NCBI GenBank assembly: GCA_963774265.1
Contig: CAVZDU010000005.1
Coordinates: 96,001 to 160,000, forward strand
Direction of reading: 5' to 3'
From: an uncultured Chloroflexia bacterium
Lineage (GTDB): Bacteria; Chloroflexota; Anaerolineae; CG2-30-64-16
Length of the DNA stretch: 64,000 nt
Below, one piece after another: positions 59,257 through 64,000 of the stretch (the stretch's first letter is position 1; every line of letters starts with the position of its first letter). Below the pieces are notes generated by a model. The model ran no database searches, was not told the DNA's origin, and saw nothing but the letters and a program-made list of their open reading frames with translations. A program made the translations under genes and the position numbers.

Positions 59257-59961
59257 ATGCCCAAGCCCAGCCAGCCAAACCTTCCTGGCGTCCAGTCAAA
59301 GATACCCACCCCGTCCAACAAAGCCCGGACCGGCCAGACTCCGAAAGCGCCACCCACACTACAAGAAAAACTGCCCACCGGCCTACAACAGGGCTACGTG
59401 GTAATGGTGAACCCCAAGGAAGGGTATGGATTTATCAGGCCCGACGGTTCTGATCGCGCTGGGGGACGAGATGTCCACTTCAGCATACGGCAAATTGAAG
59501 GGCACAAGGCCTTGCGCCCCGGGCAGAGCGTCAGTTACTATCTGACGCGCACCGACAAAGGCGTCACCGCGATCAAGGTGCGGCCCGGCTCGATATTCAG
59601 CATCCCGTATCTCAAGTTTCTCCTGATCGGGGTCGCCATGGCGTTGATCCTGCTCGCTGGCCTGACGATGGTGCTCGACCGGCCAGCTTCGCTGGCGTTG
59701 TGGATCGGTCTCTGGTCCCTCGCGTTCAGCATGGCCACCTTTGGCGTGTACTGGTACGACAAGATGCAGGCCCAGGCGGGCGGCCTACGCGTGCCAGAGG
59801 TTGTGCTGCATTTGCTCGGCGCCTTGGGCGGCACGCCGGGCGCGTTCATCGCCATGCGCCAGTTGCGGCACAAGATTCGGGATCACCGGTTCCAGGTGGT
59901 TTTCTGGCTGATCATCGCGGCACAAGTCGGTTTTTTGATCTGGTTCTTTTTCCTGCGCTAG
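59257..59961 (+). CDS. Cold-shock domain fused to a DUF1294 membrane domain
   Basis: GYGFIRP...DVHFS; YWYDK..A....RVPE..LH.....GGTPGA......RHK. Confidence 0.85.
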   Translation: MPKPSQPNLPGVQSKIPTPSNKARTGQTPKAPPTLQEKLPTGLQQGYVVMVNPKEGYGFIRPDGSDRAGGRDVHFSIRQIEGHKALRPGQSVSYYLTRTDKGVTAIKVRPGSIFSIPYLKFLLIGVAMALILLAGLTMVLDRPASLALWIGLWSLAFSMATFGVYWYDKMQAQAGGLRVPEVVLHLLGALGGTPGAFIAMRQLRHKIRDHRFQVVFWLIIAAQVGFLIWFFFLR

Positions 59962-61772
59962 CGTAAGTTTTGTGCAATCAGAGCCGGAGTCATGGAAATC
60001 GGCTCGAAATGACAACTTTGGAAGAGCGGCAGACTGAGCTGGACGACCCAGCTGCCGACCTGAATGATGCGACCGGCATAGAGACTATCATCCGAGAACC
60101 TTAACAAGCAACCGTTGGGTAGCCACTGGACACTGGCAGGCGTGTGAGCAGCAACCTGGACCAGCGTTTTGATGCTCGCTGTGACCGGTACGAGCCACTG
60201 GTTAGGCACTTGTCCGCAGTCATGGCACAACCAATGGGCGGCCCAGCGCAGGAAGTTGGCCGCAAAGGCGGCGAACTGTTCTTGCAGCCAGAGCGCCGGT
60301 AGGGAACGCACCTTGAGATGGTGCATCTGGAACACGCCCTTACCTTCCTTGATGCCCGCCTCGACCGTCTGGCGACCATTGTAGAAGGCAAACCAGCCAC
60401 CCAGATCTTTGGTGACAGCGTCCGACCCGAAGTGTAGGAGCGCGCCGTACCGCTCGGTCTTGCCTGTATAGAAGTGCTCAAGGGCAACATCGACCGGGTA
60501 GGGGTTGCCCTTGAAGAGCACGCCAGACCAGGCGATCATCTCGGCATTGGCACCTACGCGCACCCAGGGCGTCGTATCCTCGATCCTATGCAGCAAACTG
60601 GCCTTGACCTTCTGACTGTAGGGTCGGGTGTAGACCTCGTAGCCCAGTTCGATCAAGCGGGCGACGTTTTCCCAGGTGCCGAACCCGGCATCCAATCGAA
60701 AGACGGCATGGATGGGGGCCGGATTGGCAGCATTCTCCCGGTTGAAGTCGTCAAGCCGCTGGCCTAAGGTCCGCTCCATAGCCCGTAAGGCCGCGAACCG
60801 CACCTGCTCACGCGCGACGCTACGCTGAGCCTGCAGAAAGCGCTGCTGCTGGCGCTGCAAGCGGCGTTCGCAGGCGGCGAGATGCGCCCGAGCCTGTGCC
60901 AGACGGCAATGCGGTCGCCCCTTGCGCTGCGCGGCCTGCTCGCTGGCGGCCATCAGGCCAGTCAAGGCGGCATTCGCCTGACCTACCTGCTCGCTGCGAG
61001 CCTGCATCAACGCCTGTGCTGCGCTGAACGCCTGGCAGCGTTGCTGAAGGCGCTGCTCAACCAGCGCCCGCTCTTGGCTCACGGCGTGCAGGCGCTGGCC
61101 CAGTAATTCGGTACGCCGTCGGGGACGCACCCCGGTCTGGCCTTCTGCAGCCAGCACCATCTCTTCGGCTACTTGACAGGAAAGCACGTTGCCTGGATGC
61201 GGCTTGACTGAGAGCCACAGTCGACCATAGGTCGGGCTCTTTAGGCTGACGACAGCCGCTTGGTAGCCGAGGCGTACCGCATCGTCCATGTGGCCAAAGG
61301 CAGCCCCGGGGTAGCTCGTGCTGGTATTGGAGACGGGTCGGCCGGTAAGATCGCCGTCGTAAATGAGCCGGCCCTCCTGGAGCAGCGCCTGCGCCACCTG
61401 ATCGTCAATGAAGGGATGGCTGATTTGGCTTAAGGCAGCGGCGATCCGTTCCGCTTCCGGTTGAGTGAGCGCCTGTAAGGTCCGCCCAACGCCACTGTAG
61501 TCGGCCCAGCCGTCCTGCTGCCAGGCAGTCGCCACAACCAGGTCTTGGTCCAACGGCCGCGCATCGCGACTGATGTCCTCGAGATGCGGCAGGCCAGCCA
61601 GAATCGCCACCAGGAACTCGACCACCTTGGTTTGTGGCTGATGCGTGCGGGTCTTCTGATGCAGAGATGCCGCCATCAGGACCTGAATGAGCCCGAGATG
61701 CTGGGCGTACTGGCCCAGAAGTACCAAGAGCGCATGCTCCGTATGGCTCGGTTGAGTGGCGACTTCACGCAT
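59958..61772 (-). CDS. DDE transposase (IS1380/IS4-like) with a coiled-coil insertion
   Basis: IYDGDLT, FRLDAGFG, FYNGRQTVEAGIKEGK; AAGGAGG Shine-Dalgarno before MREV. Confidence 0.85.
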   Translation of the reverse strand: MREVATQPSHTEHALLVLLGQYAQHLGLIQVLMAASLHQKTRTHQPQTKVVEFLVAILAGLPHLEDISRDARPLDQDLVVATAWQQDGWADYSGVGRTLQALTQPEAERIAAALSQISHPFIDDQVAQALLQEGRLIYDGDLTGRPVSNTSTSYPGAAFGHMDDAVRLGYQAAVVSLKSPTYGRLWLSVKPHPGNVLSCQVAEEMVLAAEGQTGVRPRRRTELLGQRLHAVSQERALVEQRLQQRCQAFSAAQALMQARSEQVGQANAALTGLMAASEQAAQRKGRPHCRLAQARAHLAACERRLQRQQQRFLQAQRSVAREQVRFAALRAMERTLGQRLDDFNRENAANPAPIHAVFRLDAGFGTWENVARLIELGYEVYTRPYSQKVKASLLHRIEDTTPWVRVGANAEMIAWSGVLFKGNPYPVDVALEHFYTGKTERYGALLHFGSDAVTKDLGGWFAFYNGRQTVEAGIKEGKGVFQMHHLKVRSLPALWLQEQFAAFAANFLRWAAHWLCHDCGQVPNQWLVPVTASIKTLVQVAAHTPASVQWLPNGCLLRFSDDSLYAGRIIQVGSWVVQLSLPLFQSCHFEPISMTPALIAQNLR

Positions 61773-61893
61773 GGCGGATTCCTCCTTAACTGAGCGGAGA
61801 TTCGCCCCGAGCATAACGGTTGCCTGTCGATTATAAAAGTTCGAATTTCGGGCCGTTTTCTATGATTCGACCGCTGATTGCACAAAACCTGCG
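59962..61893 (-). mobile_element. Insertion sequence with ~49-bp imperfect TIRs, flanked by CTAG on both sides
   Basis: Left end cgtaagttttgtgcaatcag versus right end (reverse complement) cgcaggttttgtgcaatcag; CTAG at 59958-59961 and 61894-61897. Confidence 0.88.
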
Positions 61894-62637
61894 CTAGGCC
61901 GCGGTCCTGGTCTGCCGCTTATAGTCGCCTTTCCAACCGTTTATGCGAATGCGAAGGACATCGCGGAACATGCGCCAGGTGTCGTGGACGGGATTGACCC
62001 GGCTGTCCGGGTCGTGGTACCAGTTGATCGGCACAGCAACCACCTTGTAGCCGCGGTGCAAGGCGATGAAGAGCGCCTCGACATCGAATGCCCAACCGTC
62101 CATTGTCCCATCCTGGAATATCTCGCGGGCGACATCACGCCGGAAGCTCTTGAACCCACATTGCGTGTCCTGGAAGCGTGGGATGGCGATCACCCGTACG
62201 ATCAGGTTGAAGACACGGCCCATCAAGTGGCGGAAGGGCGGCTCATTGTACCGATGCGCTCCCGGCCCCTCGCGGGAAGCAATGGCGACATCGTAGTCCT
62301 CCAGGGCGGGCGGCAGGAATTTGCGCACCTCGTCGATGGGCATGGATAGATCTGAGTCGCACATGAAGAGATAGCGGCCCTGACCGGCCATCATCCCCGC
62401 TCGCACCGCGGCCCCCTTGCCCTTCGTACTGTGTAGCACCTGGATAAAAGGATGTTTTGCTGCGTAGGCTTCGGCGATTTCCGTCGTCCGGTCGCGGCTG
62501 CCGTTCTCGACGATCAAGACTTCGATCGGGTAGGTCAGCCGGGCCACAAACGCGACAATGCTGTCGAGCGATTTGGGGAGGCGATGCTCCTCGTTGTACG
62601 CCGGGATGATGATGCTGAGAAGAGGTTGCTGGTCCAT
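61894..62637 (-). CDS. GT2 glycosyltransferase (dolichyl-phosphate glucosyltransferase-like)
   Basis: SIIIPAYNEE, GKGAAVRAG, CDSDLS, DTQCGFK, FDVE. Confidence 0.92.
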   Translation of the reverse strand: MDQQPLLSIIIPAYNEEHRLPKSLDSIVAFVARLTYPIEVLIVENGSRDRTTEIAEAYAAKHPFIQVLHSTKGKGAAVRAGMMAGQGRYLFMCDSDLSMPIDEVRKFLPPALEDYDVAIASREGPGAHRYNEPPFRHLMGRVFNLIVRVIAIPRFQDTQCGFKSFRRDVAREIFQDGTMDGWAFDVEALFIALHRGYKVVAVPINWYHDPDSRVNPVHDTWRMFRDVLRIRINGWKGDYKRQTRTAA

Positions 62638-62678
62638 ATCTAGCTCGAACTCAGGATGGCGAAATGAAAGCGCGATGC

Positions 62679-63575
62679 TCACCACCGCATCAGGTTGAAG
62701 AGCGCCAGCCCCGCGATGCCTTGCACCGCCAGCGCGCCGAACCAGAGCAGATAGGCGGCTCCTCGCTGCACATGGCGGTACAACCAGACGCCCGCCCCTG
62801 TGTTGAAAATCCAGACTGCGAGGCCGATCAGCGGCAGCGTGAATAGCTCCGACTTGGGCGAGATGCGATCCGGCAACCCGGTGACGTCAAAGTGCAAAGG
62901 CAGGTCGGCTGACAGCCCGGGGTAGCGAAAGCATAGCGCGCCGAACAACACAAGGATGCCAAGCAGACCGGTCCCAATGAGGAACAGGGCCGCCAGATCG
63001 CGCCACAACGGCCATGTCCAGATCGGAGGACGCCGCAGCTCTGACTCGAGGGTGCGATTGACGCCGAGCGCGAAGCGTTCTTGCAGCGCATTGAGAAATT
63101 CCTGCGGGTCCAATGGCGAGATGCTGTAGTTCTCATCACTGGTCACCAGGACGATCTGTTCGCCCAACGGCACTGTGCCGTACGCGTTCACTGTGCCGTA
63201 CGTCTCGGTTCGCATGCGGCGGCGATGCGGACAAGGCCAGTGCCAGGGCGAGGCGGCATCCAGCGGCGCCACCTTCGACGATGGAACCACGCGCTGGATC
63301 TGGCCCATCGGCACGATCTGCCGTGTCGGTCCCCACACCAGCGTGATCCCGTCCCGGTCGACCCAGTACTCCAGGTTGAACGCGCCCCGGCTGCGGTAGT
63401 ACAGGTAGAAGATGGCCAGCAGGCTGACCAGCACGACCAGGGCCAGCAGAAAGCTGAGGCCGTCCACGGGGCGCTTAGTCAGGATTCGCACGAGCAGAAC
63501 GTCCAGCACGATCAGGCCCAGTATGGCTAGCAGGCCAAGCCAGCGGTCCGCGCACGGTATCGGTTTGAAGCTCAC
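62679..63575 (-). CDS. Membrane protein with bacterial PH-like and DUF1648-like domains
   Basis: TM pairs, YSISP..P..F, LPLHFDVTGLPDR. Confidence 0.7.
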   Translation of the reverse strand: MSFKPIPCADRWLGLLAILGLIVLDVLLVRILTKRPVDGLSFLLALVVLVSLLAIFYLYYRSRGAFNLEYWVDRDGITLVWGPTRQIVPMGQIQRVVPSSKVAPLDAASPWHWPCPHRRRMRTETYGTVNAYGTVPLGEQIVLVTSDENYSISPLDPQEFLNALQERFALGVNRTLESELRRPPIWTWPLWRDLAALFLIGTGLLGILVLFGALCFRYPGLSADLPLHFDVTGLPDRISPKSELFTLPLIGLAVWIFNTGAGVWLYRHVQRGAAYLLWFGALAVQGIAGLALFNLMRW

Positions 63576-63675
63576 GAAGGGTTAGACCTCTACCTTTAAG
63601 AGACGATCACGGAGTCGATGATTGGCCCAATTGTAACGGTGACCGGCTCAACCGCCAATTGCACACGTGCACATG

Positions 63676-64000
63676 TCACGGCGTTGTCGGTTCTTTATCC
63701 TTGTGTTTGACAAAGATGCGCACCGGTGAACTCTTGACCTCGTTGCCGGCCTTATCGAACGCCTTGACCCAGATCGTGTGGATCTCGTGCAACTTGCCGT
63801 CCATGACTGTCGCACCTGCGCCGCCGCCGGTCATGATGACCACGCGCTGAGCGGTCGTCCCGTCTGGCTTCTTGTATTTCTCGGTCTTTGTTTCGCGGTC
63901 GATTACCTGCTCGGTCGTCACCGTGCCGTCAGGGTTGGTGATTACCTTCGTGGCGTACACCGTCGGCCCGCTCTTGGGCACAACATCCGTCATCTTGATG
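63676..64000 (-). CDS. 3' end of a gene with a C-terminal Ig-like domain (partial)
   Basis: HTIWVKAFDKAGN...SSPVRIFV; the frame is open to the window edge. Confidence 0.55.
   Translation of the reverse strand, partial: IKMTDVVPKSGPTVYATKVITNPDGTVTTEQVIDRETKTEKYKKPDGTTAQRVVIMTGGGAGATVMDGKLHEIHTIWVKAFDKAGNEVKSSPVRIFVKHKDKEPTTP

Noticed and set aside
59952-59961. 10-bp target-site duplication cctgcgctag
   Set aside because: TIR symmetry extends right up to the CTAG at both ends, which favours a CTAG target. Not fully excluded without other copies.

Overview
High-GC bacterial chromosomal window, most consistent with Chloroflexota (Anaerolineae-like; inferred from protein families and repeat style). 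Many single-base indels break genes including the essential pheT, so these are probably assembly errors rather than pseudogenes. In order, the window holds: the 3' ~15 kb of a giant (>5000 aa) modular surface protein; pfkB-purA-purB-MFS; a KimA-like APC permease; the promoter and Phe T-box riboswitch of pheST; a 13.1-kb integrated element (22793-35894); pheS-pheT; two secreted proteins; a NarL-type two-component system with an ABC/HlyD exporter; ilvE; clpB; a VapBC-like pair; a radical SAM gene; a cold-shock/DUF1294 gene; a DDE insertion sequence; and a GT2 gene. Main finding: the element is phage-satellite-like (large serine integrase, tyrosine recombinase, primase, split terminase, no recognisable capsid) and is inserted exactly in the loop of the T-box terminator hairpin, separating pheST from its riboswitch. 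attP and attB can be rebuilt from the sequence around a CT core. The element carries an outward promoter pointing at pheS and a leader segment complementary to the leftover terminator half, and integration swaps the integrase C-terminus.
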